Source: an uncultured Clostridia bacterium
Lineage (GTDB): Bacteria > Bacillota > Clostridia > TANB77 > CAG-508
Direction: 5' to 3'
DNA: 64,000 bases
NCBI GenBank assembly: GCA_947623555.1
Contig: CANQGW010000003.1
Coordinates: 6,719-70,718, forward strand
The notes below the pieces were generated by a model. The model saw nothing but the letters and a program-made list of their open reading frames with translations. It did no database searches and had not been told where the DNA came from. The position numbers and the translations under genes were made by a program. This document shows, one piece after another, positions 1 through 12,766 of this stretch (position 1 is the first letter of the stretch; each line of letters opens with the position of its first letter).

Positions 1-1164
1 TGTTGCACCAACTGTACATGCTGTTGCTACTGCTAAACCTATTATGGCATACTTTAAGTTAAATTCTACTACAATAAATGGCAAAGTATACATCATAGTA
101 TATAGTTTAAAAATAATTCTCGGTAGTAATGGAAAACCTATTGCCATTCCTATACTTCCACCTATTATTGTTGCTAAAATTGCGTAAATAACATATTTAG
201 AAGCAATTTGCCTTTTATTATAGCCCAATGCTTTTAATGTTCCTATTTCTACCCTTTGCTCTTCTACCATTCTATTCATAGAAGTTAAGCTAATAAGTGC
301 AGCTACAACAAAAAATACTACTGGGAAAACCTTTGCAATGTTTGCTATTCTATCAGTATCTTGTAAATAACTAACATATCCTGCATTTTGGTTTCTGTCT
401 AATATGTACCATTCTGGCTTTTTTTCTTCAATTGCATCTTTTACGTTTTCCACAAGGTTTTCATAATCATCTTCATATGTTTTTAAACTTTTTGCATCTT
501 TTACTGTTATATATGCAAGTGTATAAATATTGGTATTAAAATTTTCAAGTGGTATATACATATAATAGTTTATTTTACCTGAACCTAGCTTTGTAGTTCC
601 CCTATCTCTTGATAAATAAAGTGGCGAATCTACTATACCTACAATTTTTACATTTGCCTTTTTTAATAATTTTTGACTATTTCCCATAGCATCTTGTATA
701 TTGCCTGCCTCAATTGTAATACTATCTCCAAGGTTTAAATTATTATCTACTAAAAAGCTATTTTCTACTATACATTCATCAATATTTTCAGGTAATTTAC
801 CTTCTAATAAAACCGGAGTGTTTATGTTTTTAGGAATAGATTCTATCTTTATTACTTGCTCTTTTTCATTTGCTTTTACAAATACGTCAGTAGAATATGC
901 TCCTTCTACTTGTGCCACTCCTTCTACGTTTAGTAATTCTTCTATATTTTGCTTGCTAAAACCTAGCGGAGATATTGCATAAATATCAAATACATTTTGC
1001 TCATCAAAATATTTATCTATTGTTAGCTTCATATCAGGGCTTGCAGCTTTTATCCCTACAAAAAAGCCCACGCCTAATAAAACGATTAGTAAAATAGATA
1101 TAAATCGCTTAAAATTGTTTGTTATTTCTTTTACAGTATTTTTAAGTAGTGCTTTTTTTATCAT
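1..1164 (-). CDS. ABC transporter permease, FtsX/MacB-type (N-terminal part; gene runs off the left edge)
   Basis: Not in the ORF track because it is edge-truncated. Minus-strand ATG at 1164 gives MIKKALLKNTVKEITNNFKRFISILLIVLLGVGFFVG..., then a large extracytoplasmic loop and FtsX-like TM helices (..TLKALGYNKRQIASKYVIYAIL..). It lies directly downstream of its ATPase partner. Confidence 0.8.
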   Translation of the reverse strand, partial: MIKKALLKNTVKEITNNFKRFISILLIVLLGVGFFVGIKAASPDMKLTIDKYFDEQNVFDIYAISPLGFSKQNIEELLNVEGVAQVEGAYSTDVFVKANEKEQVIKIESIPKNINTPVLLEGKLPENIDECIVENSFLVDNNLNLGDSITIEAGNIQDAMGNSQKLLKKANVKIVGIVDSPLYLSRDRGTTKLGSGKINYYMYIPLENFNTNIYTLAYITVKDAKSLKTYEDDYENLVENVKDAIEEKKPEWYILDRNQNAGYVSYLQDTDRIANIAKVFPVVFFVVAALISLTSMNRMVEEQRVEIGTLKALGYNKRQIASKYVIYAILATIIGGSIGMAIGFPLLPRIIFKLYTMMYTLPFIVVEFNLKYAIIGLAVATACTVGAT

Positions 1165-1180
1165 AAAAACTTCCTTTATA

Positions 1181-1882
1181 TTACCATTCTATTTGTTCTA
1201 TTGGTGTTGGATTTGAATTTATTTCACTTTGCTTTGCTATGCCATTTTTAAAATAAATAACCCTATCTGCCATTGGTGTTAATGCTTGATTATGTGTAAT
1301 AATAATTACTGTCATCTTTTCTTTTCTACAAGTGTTTTGTAGTAATTCTAAAATTTGTTTTCCTGTAGCATAATCTAAAGCTCCTGTTGGTTCATCACAT
1401 AAAAGTATTTTAGGATTTTTAGCAATTGCCCTTGCAATAGCAACCCTTTGTTGCTCCCCACCTGATAGTTGTGATGGAAAGTTATTCATTCTATCTTTTA
1501 AACCAACTTTAGTTAATATATTTTTAGGAGATAATGGTTTTTTACAAATTTGAGTAGCAAGCTCTACATTTTCTAGTGCTGTTAAATTTTGTACTAAATT
1601 ATAAAACTGAAAAACAAAACCTATGTCTTCTCTACGGTAACGAATTAGCTGTTTTTGCTTATAATTACTAATTTCTTTTTTATCAATTATTACTTTTCCA
1701 GAAGTTATAGTATCCATTCCTCCTAAAATGTTAAGAGTAGTGGTTTTACCTGCACCGCTTGGTCCAACAATAACTACTAATTCGCCTTTTTCAATTTCAA
1801 AGCTTGCATGATCTAACGCTTTAATTGAAACCTCTCCCATTTTATATTCTTTTACTACATCTTTAAATTCTATATACGCCAT
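1181..1882 (-). CDS. ABC transporter ATP-binding protein (MacB/LolD-like)
   Basis: Walker [13 protein letters not shown] signature LSGGEQQR, Walker [13 protein letters not shown]. Confidence 0.9.
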   Translation of the reverse strand: MAYIEFKDVVKEYKMGEVSIKALDHASFEIEKGELVVIVGPSGAGKTTTLNILGGMDTITSGKVIIDKKEISNYKQKQLIRYRREDIGFVFQFYNLVQNLTALENVELATQICKKPLSPKNILTKVGLKDRMNNFPSQLSGGEQQRVAIARAIAKNPKILLCDEPTGALDYATGKQILELLQNTCRKEKMTVIIITHNQALTPMADRVIYFKNGIAKQSEINSNPTPIEQIEW

Positions 1883-2062
1883 TTGAATTCCACCTTAAAA
1901 AAATCTTATTTCATTATATTCCAATTTTTTCTTTTTTTCAACTATTTTACCTTTCAAAAGCAGCTGTTTAACAAAATAAAAGAATATAAATTAGTTTTGC
2001 GGTTTGATAAAACATTTTTTTAAAAAACAATTTATATTCTTTTTTAATTATATTATAATCAC

Positions 2063-3695
<1,633 letters not shown>

Positions 3696-3886
3696 CTAAT
3701 ATTGCTTTTAATTTATAAAACAAAAAAATAGATTTAAAATAAAAAACCAAATAGGGGTGTTTTTTTTAAATCTATCATACGAATATAATAACATTAAGTT
3801 TTTTTATTGTAAATAATTTTGAGAAAATTTTAATTGCTTTTTAAAATAAACTTATATATAATAAATAAAAAAGGAGGAATTTTTAA

Positions 3887-4606
3887 ATGCCTATTCATTG
3901 TACTGCTCAAAAAGAAGATATAAAGAAAACAGTTTTAATGCCTGGTGACCCATTACGTGCAAAATATATTGCAGAAAATTTTTTAGAAAATGCTAGACTT
4001 GTAAATAGTATTAGAAATATGCTTGCATATACTGGAACTTACAAAGGAAAGGAAATTACTGTTTTTGCATCCGGTATGGGAATGCCTAGTATGGGAATAT
4101 ACTGTTATGAATTATATAAATTTTATGATGTTGAAAATATAATTCGTATTGGTTCTTGTGGCAGTTATGATACGTCTTTAAAAGTGCTTGACACCATTTT
4201 AGTTGAAAAGACATATACAGAAGGGAACTTTGCTTATGAATGGAGTGGAACAGAGTGCCATATTGCTAAACCAGATGAGAATTTAAATAATATTATAAAG
4301 CAAACTTCTAAAAATATTACTATTCCTTTAGTGGAGGCTACTACCCTTTGCAATGACTGCTTTGATGGTTATATTGAAGATTTTCAAAGTTATTTTAATC
4401 GTTTTCCAAAGGATTTAAATATTACGGCTTGTGAAATGGAGGCTTTTGCTTTGTTTTATATGGCTAAATATTTAAATAAAAAAGCTGCTTGCTTATTAAC
4501 AGTTGTAGATTCTCCTTATAGCAAAGAGATTCTTACTTCAGAGCAAAGAGAAAAATCTTTAAATAATATGATTACCCTTGCACTAGAAAGTGCTATAAAT
4601 GTTTAA
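3887..4606 (+). CDS. deoD: Purine nucleoside phosphorylase, DeoD type
   Basis: The 239-aa product carries LMPGDPLRAKYIAENFL and GMGMPSMGIY, typical of the DeoD family. An RBS (aaggagg) lies upstream. Confidence 0.9.
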   Translation: MPIHCTAQKEDIKKTVLMPGDPLRAKYIAENFLENARLVNSIRNMLAYTGTYKGKEITVFASGMGMPSMGIYCYELYKFYDVENIIRIGSCGSYDTSLKVLDTILVEKTYTEGNFAYEWSGTECHIAKPDENLNNIIKQTSKNITIPLVEATTLCNDCFDGYIEDFQSYFNRFPKDLNITACEMEAFALFYMAKYLNKKAACLLTVVDSPYSKEILTSEQREKSLNNMITLALESAINV

Positions 4607-4626
4607 AATAAATTTTCCTATACAAT

Positions 4627-4666
4627 AAAAAAGAATATAAAAAACTAATTTTATATTCTTTTTTTT
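4627..4666. terminator. Bidirectional intrinsic terminator between convergent deoD and greA
   Basis: Hairpin aaaaaagaatataaaa-aactaa-ttttatattctttttt, with A/T runs on both sides. Confidence 0.6.
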
Positions 4667-4668
4667 AA

Positions 4669-5145
4669 CTATTTTGTAATTGATAAAATTTTATATTGTA
4701 CTACACCTGCTGGTGCTTGAACTTCAACAATTTGATTCTTTTTTGCACCTAAAATGGCACTTCCAATTGGTGATTCGTTTGAAATTTTATTTTGTGATAA
4801 ATCAACTTCTGTTGAACCTACTAAAGTATAACTAACTTCTTCATTAAATTCTATGTCTAATAAAGTTACTGTATTACCTACTTGAACTGTTTTAGTATCT
4901 ATCTCTGATTCGTCAATAATTTTAGCATACCTAATTTTATTTTCTAACTCTGCAATTTTGGTTTCATTTTCTGCTTGTGCATTTTTAGCCTCATCATATT
5001 CAGAATTTTCAGATAAATCTCCAAAACCTAAAGCTATTTTTATTCTTTCAGCTATTTCTGCCCTTTTAGTTGTTTTCAATTCGTCTAATTCTTTTTCTAA
5101 ATTTTCATAGCCTTCTTTAGTTAATAATACTTCTTTCTCATCCAT
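4669..5145 (-). CDS. greA: Transcription elongation factor GreA
   Basis: The 158-aa product shows an LTKEGYENLEKELDELK coiled coil and the C-terminal GreA domain SPIGSAILGAKKNQIVEVQAP. Confidence 0.92.
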   Translation of the reverse strand: MDEKEVLLTKEGYENLEKELDELKTTKRAEIAERIKIALGFGDLSENSEYDEAKNAQAENETKIAELENKIRYAKIIDESEIDTKTVQVGNTVTLLDIEFNEEVSYTLVGSTEVDLSQNKISNESPIGSAILGAKKNQIVEVQAPAGVVQYKILSITK

Positions 5146-5286
5146 AAGTCATACCTCCTTTTGCTTATAAATGAATGACAACAAATTATATATTACATAT
5201 AATTTGTTGCGATTTCGTATAATATAATAAATTTTTTTTTATTTGTCAAGATATTTGCATAAAAATTTACATTATTTTCAAATAAG

Positions 5287-6267
5287 TTAAGCTAATAATT
5301 TTAAATATTCCTCTTCTTCAACTTCCCCATTTTTGCCATATAATTTTATAATATTGACTTTATCTTCATTCATTTTTTGTTTTATTTTTGAAAATCCATC
5401 ATGTTTGTTTATAAGACTTTCATATAAAATATTTAAATTTTCTAATTCTAACAAATTATTTTTCTTAAAGAAATTTTTTATTTTGCTTGATGTATCTATT
5501 TTTACATCACAAATTTGAATTCCATCAAATCCAACATTACTACATATTCCATCTTTATTTATTGATATTATAATTGCTCTTCTGTATACTGTATATTTTG
5601 AAATTTCATCTTTAGTAAAATCAAAATTAACTATATATTTTGCTTTTGCTAAACTTTTCTTTTTATTGTTCATAACTGTTATCATAGCATTTTCGCCTAA
5701 TTTATCTGCTATTTTTTGAAATGCGTTTACTTTTGGAGTAACAATATTAATACTTCTAAAATAGTTAGCAAGATAATAAATATTTTCTATATGAATTTGT
5801 TTTACTTCTTTCATGCATAAATATATATCTTCTAATTCGGTTTTTATGTTTTGCTTTTCTAAAATATAGGTAAAAATTTCTTTTATTAAATAAGGCATTA
5901 AACTGCTTCCGTTTAATAAACACAAATCATTTTCAAAGTTTACCACTTTTTTTATTTCTTTTGAAATAACCAAACTATTTATATCATATTTTTCCATTAA
6001 CTTTTTTAATTTATTCATACATTTTTTTACTTTAGATTTTCTTACGTTTGCTTCATTAAATGGAAAAATAAATATATATGAATTATAAGTTTGTTTTACT
6101 GTAATTATATTAAACACATATTTTATAAATACTACTAACTCATAAAAAAAGTAGCAAATATAATATTGTAATTTATAAAAAATGCTTTTTTTTAATTTTA
6201 AATGTTCTAAAAAATTGCTTTCATATAACTCTTTATTTTCTGTTTTTAATTTTAAATACCCTACCAA
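5287..6267 (-). CDS. Hypothetical protein (N-terminal hydrophobic segment)
   Basis: Long 326-aa ORF with coding-like composition. I recognise no family. Confidence 0.5.
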   Translation of the reverse strand: MVGYLKLKTENKELYESNFLEHLKLKKSIFYKLQYYICYFFYELVVFIKYVFNIITVKQTYNSYIFIFPFNEANVRKSKVKKCMNKLKKLMEKYDINSLVISKEIKKVVNFENDLCLLNGSSLMPYLIKEIFTYILEKQNIKTELEDIYLCMKEVKQIHIENIYYLANYFRSINIVTPKVNAFQKIADKLGENAMITVMNNKKKSLAKAKYIVNFDFTKDEISKYTVYRRAIIISINKDGICSNVGFDGIQICDVKIDTSSKIKNFFKKNNLLELENLNILYESLINKHDGFSKIKQKMNEDKVNIIKLYGKNGEVEEEEYLKLLA

Positions 6268-6428
6268 AAATAACCTCCATATATTTTTTACTTGTTTTAC
6301 ATTATATTGAATTTATTTTAATTTATGTCTTTATTTTTTCATGTAGTAATATAAAATTTGTAATTTTTGTATAAATTTTATTTTTTAGGAAAAGATAAAA
6401 ATTGAAAATCAAATGGAGGTTGATAAAA

Positions 6429-6641
6429 ATGGGAATTGAAAAACATTTAAGAATTACAGGAACATCTACTGTTTCTTGGAAAGATGCAGTTGTGCAAACA
6501 GTAAATGAGGCTTCTAAAACAATTGATTATTTATCAAATGTTAAAATTTTAGACCAATGGGCTAAAATTGAAGGTAAAAAATTAGTGGAATATTTTGTAG
6601 AGTTAGACCTATCTTTTGTAATTGATAGAGATAGAGATTAA
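6429..6641 (+). CDS. Dodecin-family small protein
   Basis: MGIEKHLRITGTSTVSWKDAVVQTVNEASKTIDYL..VELDLSFVI resembles the dodecin/DUF1458 family. I chose the ATG at 6429 because a ggagg RBS lies 9 nt upstream; the ORF-track start at 6402 is less likely. Confidence 0.65.
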   Translation: MGIEKHLRITGTSTVSWKDAVVQTVNEASKTIDYLSNVKILDQWAKIEGKKLVEYFVELDLSFVIDRDRD

Positions 6642-6656
6642 GAGGAGGAATAATTT

Positions 6657-7103
6657 ATGAATCCAATTGAAACAAAACAACAATATAGTGACTATGTTGA
6701 TAAAAAATCACCCAACTCCCCTATTTTAAAAAATTGTTTTAACGCATTTTGGGTTGGTGGATTAATATGTACTATTGGTCAATTAATTATGGATTTTTGT
6801 AAATATCAAGGTATGGATGAAACTTCATCTTCTACTGTAGTTTCTATTGTACTTATTGCAATTTCAGCTATTTTGACCGGTCTTAATATATTTAATAAAA
6901 TTGGAAAATTTGCAGGGGCAGGATCTTTAATTCCAATTACAGGTTTTGCAAACTCTATTGTTTCACCCGCTATTGAATATAAGTCAGAAGGCTATGTAAT
7001 GGGTGTTGGTGGAAAAATGTTTACAGTGGCAGGACCGGTTTTGGTATTTGGTATTTCAGCTTCTGTAATTATAGGAATAATTGCAGTTTTATTTACTGCG
7101 TAA
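6657..7103 (+). CDS. spoVAC: Stage V sporulation protein AC
   Basis: 148-aa membrane protein (..NCFNAFWVGGLICTIGQ.., GAGSLIPITGFANS) placed in the order spoVAC-AD-AE. Confidence 0.88.
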   Translation: MNPIETKQQYSDYVDKKSPNSPILKNCFNAFWVGGLICTIGQLIMDFCKYQGMDETSSSTVVSIVLIAISAILTGLNIFNKIGKFAGAGSLIPITGFANSIVSPAIEYKSEGYVMGVGGKMFTVAGPVLVFGISASVIIGIIAVLFTA

Positions 7104-7137
7104 AAAATATATTGAAAGGAAAATATGGTAAAAAATT

Positions 7138-8142
7138 ATGAAACATATAGGAAAACAAACTATACAGTTTGATGCTCCTCCAACTATTTTACAAACAGCT
7201 AGCATTGTTGGACCTAAAGAAGGTCAAGGTCCTCTTGCTAAATATTTTGACCAATGTTTAGAAGATGAGTTTTGGGGAGAAAAAACATGGGAAAAAGCAG
7301 AAAGTAAAATTATTAAGGAGACTGTAAATACTGTTATTTCAAAGTCTGGTGTGCCATCAGAAGAAATTGACTATTGTTTTGCAGGCGACCTATTAAACCA
7401 ATGTATTTCATCTAGCTTTGGTTTGCGTGAATTAAATATACCGTTTTTTGGTGTATTTGGAGCATGTTCTACTTTTGTAGAAAGTTTATGTTTAGGAAGT
7501 ATACTTTTAGATGGACATGCAGCTAAAAATGTACTTTGTGCTACATCAAGCCATTTTTGTAGTGCAGAAAAGCAGTTTCGTTTTCCGCTAGAGCTTGGAA
7601 ACCAAAGGCCACCTACTTCACAATGGACTGTAACAGGTTCTGGTGCTGCTGTATTATCTTCTAGTGGAACTGGCCCATATATTACTATGGCAACTCCTGG
7701 TAAAATTGTGGATATGGGAATTAAGGATGCAAATAACATGGGAGCTGCTATGGCACCTGCTGCATTGGATACTTTAATTACTCACTTTCAAGATACTGGC
7801 AGAAAACCTAGTTATTATGACTTAATTATTTCAGGTGATTTAGGTTATATAGGAAAAGAAATTTTAACGGAACTTTCAGAAACAAAAGGTTATAACATAA
7901 AAAGTAATTATGAGGACTGCGGAGTATTAATATTTGATAAAGAAAATCAAGACACCCACTCTGGTGGTAGTGGCTGTGCATGTATAGGTACAACATTTTC
8001 TGGGTACTTTTTTAAACAATTAAAAGAAAGAAAAATAAATAAAATTTTGTTAATGGCTACAGGTGCTTTAACAAATGCTACTACTTCACAACAAGGTGAA
8101 AGTATCCCCGGTATTGCACATGCTATTGCAATTGAGAATTAA
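7138..8142 (+). CDS. spoVAD: Stage V sporulation protein AD
   Basis: 334-aa thiolase-fold-like SpoVAD (IVGPKEGQGPL, GDLLNQ, GACST..), sitting between spoVAC and spoVAE. Confidence 0.88.
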   Translation: MKHIGKQTIQFDAPPTILQTASIVGPKEGQGPLAKYFDQCLEDEFWGEKTWEKAESKIIKETVNTVISKSGVPSEEIDYCFAGDLLNQCISSSFGLRELNIPFFGVFGACSTFVESLCLGSILLDGHAAKNVLCATSSHFCSAEKQFRFPLELGNQRPPTSQWTVTGSGAAVLSSSGTGPYITMATPGKIVDMGIKDANNMGAAMAPAALDTLITHFQDTGRKPSYYDLIISGDLGYIGKEILTELSETKGYNIKSNYEDCGVLIFDKENQDTHSGGSGCACIGTTFSGYFFKQLKERKINKILLMATGALTNATTSQQGESIPGIAHAIAIEN

Positions 8143-8193
8143 TATAAAGAAAGGATGAGCATTAGTATTATAAACTGATGCATAGTAAATGGA

Positions 8194-8580
8194 ATGGATT
8201 TTATAAAAAGTATTGATTTGATGGGGCTTTTAAGATGTTTTGTTGTAGGTGGAATTATATGTATTATAGGGCAAATTTTAATTGATAAAACTAAATTAAC
8301 ACCTGCTAGGATATTAGTTATTTTTGTTACAACCGGTGCTGTTTTAGGAGGGCTTGGAATATATAAATATTTAATTGATTTTGCAGGTGCAGGTGCTACC
8401 GTACCGCTTCTTGGGTTTGGTGCTAACCTTGCCAAAGGTGCTCTTCAAGAGGTACAAACCTCTGGCTTACTTGGTGCTTTTGTAGGTGGAGTTAAAGCAT
8501 CAGCAGGTGGAATTGCAGCAGCAGTATTTTTTGGATATTTAGCCTCTTTAATTGCAAAACCCAAAATAAAGAAACAATAG
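8194..8580 (+). CDS. spoVAE: Stage V sporulation protein AE (AEB-type)
   Basis: Membrane protein with VVGGIICIIGQILID and GAGATVPLLGFG, paralogous to SpoVAC. The start codon is uncertain (8194 or 8221). Confidence 0.8.
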   Translation: MDFIKSIDLMGLLRCFVVGGIICIIGQILIDKTKLTPARILVIFVTTGAVLGGLGIYKYLIDFAGAGATVPLLGFGANLAKGALQEVQTSGLLGAFVGGVKASAGGIAAAVFFGYLASLIAKPKIKKQ

Positions 8581-8753
8581 CTAACATTAATTTTTTAGTT
8601 TTTCTTAACATTTACACTAAAAAAGCAGAAATTTAAGGTGAAAATTACACCATTGTGAAAAAAAAAGCAAAACTACTTGCTATTTAGCAAAAATCATGGT
8701 AAAATATTTGTGTTAATTTATACATGATACTTCAAAGAGGAGGTGCTAATTAA

Positions 8754-9020
8754 ATGCCAAATATTAAATCAGCTATTAAACGTGTTAGTGTTATTGAAAA
8801 GAAAACAGCAAGAAATAATATGATTAAATCAGGATATAAGTCAGCTGTAAAGAAATTTGAACAAGCTGTAGAAGCTGGAAATAAAGAAGATGCTAGTAAG
8901 TTATTATCTGAAGCTACAAAAAAATTAGATCAAGCATGCACAAAAGGTGTTATTGTAAAAAACACAGCTGCTAGAAAAAAAGCTAATATGGCTAAAAAAT
9001 TAAATGCTATGAATGTTTAA
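8754..9020 (+). CDS. rpsT: 30S ribosomal protein S20
   Basis: [11 protein letters not shown]...; the protein is basic and 88 aa long. A gaggagg RBS lies upstream. Confidence 0.93.
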   Translation: MPNIKSAIKRVSVIEKKTARNNMIKSGYKSAVKKFEQAVEAGNKEDASKLLSEATKKLDQACTKGVIVKNTAARKKANMAKKLNAMNV

Positions 9021-9055
9021 GTTTTAAAAAATTGTGCACAGTTTTTTAAACTATT

Positions 9056-9083
9056 GATGCTATTTTAAATAGCATCTTTTTTT
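9056..9083 (+). terminator. rpsT intrinsic terminator
   Basis: Stem gatgctattt / aaatagcatc followed by a T7 run. Confidence 0.7.
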
Positions 9084-9170
9084 ATATGATTTTATTGGTA
9101 TTAATTACCTTTGTTTTTCAAGTTATATTATGTTAATATTATATTAAATAGGAATTGTGAGGTAATGGTT

Positions 9171-9419
9171 ATGAAACAATTATTAATGGAATTTAAAAAA
9201 ATGGATAGTACTATTGTTAATATTGTAAAGTTTGGGGTTAAAATTTCTTTTTATATTAGCATTATTGCTAGCTTAATTTTATTAACTTATGATTTTGTAT
9301 ATACTTTACCTATTATTTTTTACATAGGTATTTCTTTATTTAAAACTAGTTTATTTTTTATTGTTGGTTTTATTATTTGTGGATTTGCTTTTCAAAAAAT
9401 TCAAAGTGATCTAACATAA
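9171..9419 (+). CDS. Small hypothetical membrane protein
   Basis: MKQLLMEFKK.. followed by two hydrophobic helices. The ATG at 9171 follows a gaggt RBS. Confidence 0.4.
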   Translation: MKQLLMEFKKMDSTIVNIVKFGVKISFYISIIASLILLTYDFVYTLPIIFYIGISLFKTSLFFIVGFIICGFAFQKIQSDLT

Positions 9420-9496
9420 TTATACTTTATTTAAGGCTAAATAAAAACTTAAATTTTGTATTAAATGCATTAATTCAAAATTTAAGTTTTATTATT

Positions 9497-10936
9497 TTAT
9501 TTATTTAATTCTTCTAAAAACATTTCATTTAACATTTTAGGGTTTGCTTTTCCCTTTGTTTCTTTCATAGCTTGCCCTACTAAAAATCCAAGTGCTCTAT
9601 CTTTTCCAGCTTTAAAGTCAATAATTGATTGAGGGTTATTTTCTAATATTTTCATTACAAGTTCTTTAATAGCACCTTCATCTGAAATTTGAATCCACCC
9701 TTTTTCTTCAATTATAGTTTGCGGATCTTGTGGGTTTTCAAATAATTCTTCTAATACCTTTTTACCAATTGCTGAACTAATTGTTCCTTTTTCAATTAGC
9801 ATAATCATTTTAGCTAAATGCTCCGCTGTAAATGGTATTTGGTCTGGTTCTAGTTCTTTTTCATTTAAAATTCTAGAAACATCTGATAGTAGCCAATTTG
9901 CTACTGCTTTAGCATTGCCACATATTTTTAGGGCTTGCTCAAAAATATTTGACATATATTTAGATGCTGTTAACATTCTTGCTTCTTTTTCTGTTAGTTT
10001 ATATTCTTCTAAATACCTTTTCTTTCTGCTTTCTGGTAACTCTGGTAAATTTTTTTGTATATTTGCTATATATTCTTCAGATAAACGTATTGCTACTAAA
10101 TCTGGCTCTGGAAAATACCTATAGTCTTGTGCGTCCTCTTTATCTCTCATAGAAAAAGTTCTTCCAGATACATCATCCCATCTTAAAGTTTCTTGCTCTA
10201 TTTTACCGCCATCTTCTAATACCTCTATTTGCCTTTGTGCCTCATAATCAATTGCCCTTACAATTGACCTAAAAGAGTTCATGTTTTTCATTTCTGTACG
10301 AGTACCAAATTCTTTTGCTCCCTTTTTTCTAACAGAAACGTTAACATCTGCCCTTAAAGAACCTTCTTGCATTTTGCAGTCAGATACCTCAATATATTCT
10401 AATATGGATTTAATTTTTCTTAAATAACTTTCTGCCTCTAAACTAGAGCGCATATCTGGCTCTGACACAATTTCAATTAGTGGAACTCCAGCTCTATTTA
10501 AGTCTACTAAACTTCCGCTTCCAAATTCATTGTGATTTAGCTTTCCTGCGTCTTCTTCTATATGAATTCTTGTAATTCCAATTTCTTTTGCTTCTCCATT
10601 TGATTCAATATCTACTTTTCCATGAATACAAAGTGGTTTATCAAATTGTGATATTTGATATGATTTTGGAAGATCTGGATAAAAATAATTTTTTCTATCA
10701 TTTTTGCTTTCTCTTTCAATTTCACAATTAGTAGCCAAACCTGCTTTTACAGCATATTCAACCACCTTTTCATTTAAAACTGGAAGTGCACCTGGCATTG
10801 CCATACAAACTGGGCAAGTATGTGTATTTGGCTGTGCACCAAATTCTGTTGGACAGCTACAAAAAATTTTGGTTTTTGTAGAAAGCTCGGCATGTACTTC
10901 TAGCCCTATTACGGTTTCATAATCTTCTCTTGACAT
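9497..10936 (-). CDS. gatB: Asp-tRNA(Asn)/Glu-tRNA(Gln) amidotransferase subunit B
   Basis: The 479-aa product begins YETVIGLEVHAELSTKTKIFC, as in GatB. Confidence 0.95.
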   Translation of the reverse strand: MSREDYETVIGLEVHAELSTKTKIFCSCPTEFGAQPNTHTCPVCMAMPGALPVLNEKVVEYAVKAGLATNCEIERESKNDRKNYFYPDLPKSYQISQFDKPLCIHGKVDIESNGEAKEIGITRIHIEEDAGKLNHNEFGSGSLVDLNRAGVPLIEIVSEPDMRSSLEAESYLRKIKSILEYIEVSDCKMQEGSLRADVNVSVRKKGAKEFGTRTEMKNMNSFRSIVRAIDYEAQRQIEVLEDGGKIEQETLRWDDVSGRTFSMRDKEDAQDYRYFPEPDLVAIRLSEEYIANIQKNLPELPESRKKRYLEEYKLTEKEARMLTASKYMSNIFEQALKICGNAKAVANWLLSDVSRILNEKELEPDQIPFTAEHLAKMIMLIEKGTISSAIGKKVLEELFENPQDPQTIIEEKGWIQISDEGAIKELVMKILENNPQSIIDFKAGKDRALGFLVGQAMKETKGKANPKMLNEMFLEELNK

Positions 10937-10959
10937 TTTTATCTCCTTTTGATTTTACT

Positions 10960-12429
10960 TTATTTAGTAATACTAGGTTCATAGTTTTCTCTAAATTTTA
11001 CTTGTTGTTCATAAGTATATGCTGCATTTAAAATAGTTTCTTCTGCAAATTTATTTCCTATTAATTGCATTCCAATTGGCATGTTTTGGCTATCTACTCC
11101 ACATGGAACAGATATAGCAGGTAATCCTGCAATATTAACAGAAACTGTACAAATATCTGCTAAATACATTTCAAGTGGATTATTTGACTTGGTTCCTATT
11201 TCAAAGGCAACAGTTGGCGAAGTTGGTGTTAAAAGTAAGTCATATTTTTCAAATGCTTTATCAAATTCTTTTTTTACAAGTGTTCTTACTTGTTGTGCTT
11301 TTTTATAGTATGCATCATAGTATCCAGAAGAAAGTACATACGTACCTAATATAATTCTTCTTTTTACCTCTGCGCCAAAGCCTTCACTTCTAGAGTTAGT
11401 ATAAAGTTCTTTTAAACTGCTAAAGTTTTTAGTTCTATAACCATAACGAATTCCATCAAATCTTCCTAAATTAGAGCTTGCCTCTGCACATGCAATAATA
11501 TAGTAAGTAGCTAGCGCATAGTCTGCAATGTTTAATGAAAATTCTTCTACTGTTGCACCTAGATTTTTATAAGTTTGCATTGCTTCATTTAATTTTTCTT
11601 TTACTTGGCTATTTATTCCTTCTCCAAAATATTCTTTAGGAATTCCTATTTTTAAACCTTTTACATTATTAGTAAGTGCATTAGTATAATCTACTTTTTT
11701 TCTATTTACAGATGTTGTATCTTTTTCATCATGTCCTGTAATTACATTTAGTAAAATAGCTGCATCTTTTACATCTTTTGTTATAGGTCCAATTTGATCT
11801 AGTGAAGATGCAAAAGCAACTAAACCATACCTAGAAACTAATCCATAAGTTGGTTTTAAGCCTACCACACCACAAAAGCTAGCTGGCTGACGAATAGATC
11901 CACCTGTGTCTGACCCAAGTGCCCATGGCACCATATTTGCTGCTACTGCTGCTGCACTTCCTCCTGAAGATCCACCCGGAACTGTATTTAAGTTCCATGG
12001 ATTTTTAGTTTTTTGAAAATATGAATATTCTGTAGATGCTCCCATAGCAAACTCATCCATATTTAATTTTCCTAAATTTATCATATTTTCCGCATTTATT
12101 TTTTCCATTACAGTTGCATTATATGGCGAAACAAAATTTTCAAGCATTTTAGAAGCACATGTTGTTTTAACACCTTTTGTACAAATATTGTCTTTTATTC
12201 CAATAGGAATACCTGCTAGCGAGCCTTCAATTTCTTTCTTTTCTATTTTTTCTTGTATATTTTGTGCTTGGCTTAAAGCCTCATCAGTTAATGGCGTAAT
12301 AAATGCTTGTACGTCATTTTCATATTTTTTTATATTTTCTATATATGCTTTAGTAATATCTGTTATTGTAAGCTCTTTAGATTTTAACTTTTCTTGCATT
12401 TCATGAACAGTTAATTTTGTAATATCCAT
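10960..12429 (-). CDS. gatA: Glu-tRNA(Gln) amidotransferase subunit A
   Basis: Amidase signature [29 protein letters not shown]; 489 aa. Confidence 0.95.
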   Translation of the reverse strand: MDITKLTVHEMQEKLKSKELTITDITKAYIENIKKYENDVQAFITPLTDEALSQAQNIQEKIEKKEIEGSLAGIPIGIKDNICTKGVKTTCASKMLENFVSPYNATVMEKINAENMINLGKLNMDEFAMGASTEYSYFQKTKNPWNLNTVPGGSSGGSAAAVAANMVPWALGSDTGGSIRQPASFCGVVGLKPTYGLVSRYGLVAFASSLDQIGPITKDVKDAAILLNVITGHDEKDTTSVNRKKVDYTNALTNNVKGLKIGIPKEYFGEGINSQVKEKLNEAMQTYKNLGATVEEFSLNIADYALATYYIIACAEASSNLGRFDGIRYGYRTKNFSSLKELYTNSRSEGFGAEVKRRIILGTYVLSSGYYDAYYKKAQQVRTLVKKEFDKAFEKYDLLLTPTSPTVAFEIGTKSNNPLEMYLADICTVSVNIAGLPAISVPCGVDSQNMPIGMQLIGNKFAEETILNAAYTYEQQVKFRENYEPSITK

Positions 12430-12478
12430 GCTTTTCCTCTCTTTCTTGTCTATAAAATTTTTGTATTTTTAATTACTA

Positions 12479-12766
12479 CTACTGAATTACCTTTGGAATT
12501 TTAAACATGTTTCTTTCTTTTTCTGGTGCATTTTCAAGTAATGCATTATTGTCTTCAAATACTTTTACTTCATCTTTTCTAAACACGTTAAAATTATCGT
12601 TTACACCTATTGTTTCATCTAAATTTTCTACTGGTGCATTACTTACAATGTTTGCAAAATTCAAAATATCCTGCAAATGTATTAAATAAGTATCAATTTC
12701 TTCTTCTTTTAAGTTTAAATTTGCTAATTTTGCAATATGCAAAATTTCTTCTCTAGATACTTTCAT
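12479..12766 (-). CDS. gatC: Glu-tRNA(Gln) amidotransferase subunit C
   Basis: The 95-aa product begins HIAKLANLNLKEEE and heads the gatCAB operon. Confidence 0.9.
   Translation of the reverse strand: MKVSREEILHIAKLANLNLKEEEIDTYLIHLQDILNFANIVSNAPVENLDETIGVNDNFNVFRKDEVKVFEDNNALLENAPEKERNMFKIPKVIQ

Noticed and set aside
701-982. Plus-strand ORF inside the FtsX permease region. Similar internal or antisense ORFs include 5333..5518, 7371..7739, 8139..8435, 9915..10152, 10704..10922, 11081..11308, 12188..12406, 12507..12689, 16885..17124, 17702..18204, 18439..18834, 19942..20133, 23671..24266, 25083..25271, 27059..27271, 28884..29441, 30140..30322, 30783..31967, 32426..33078, 35997..36779, 38637..38996, 42876..43064, 43462..43644, 45019..45346, 51154..51684, 54355..54540, 56981..57338, 61165..61404 and 62114..63016.
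   Set aside because: Each overlaps a longer, homology-supported gene on the other strand or in another frame, and each has a skewed, low-complexity composition.
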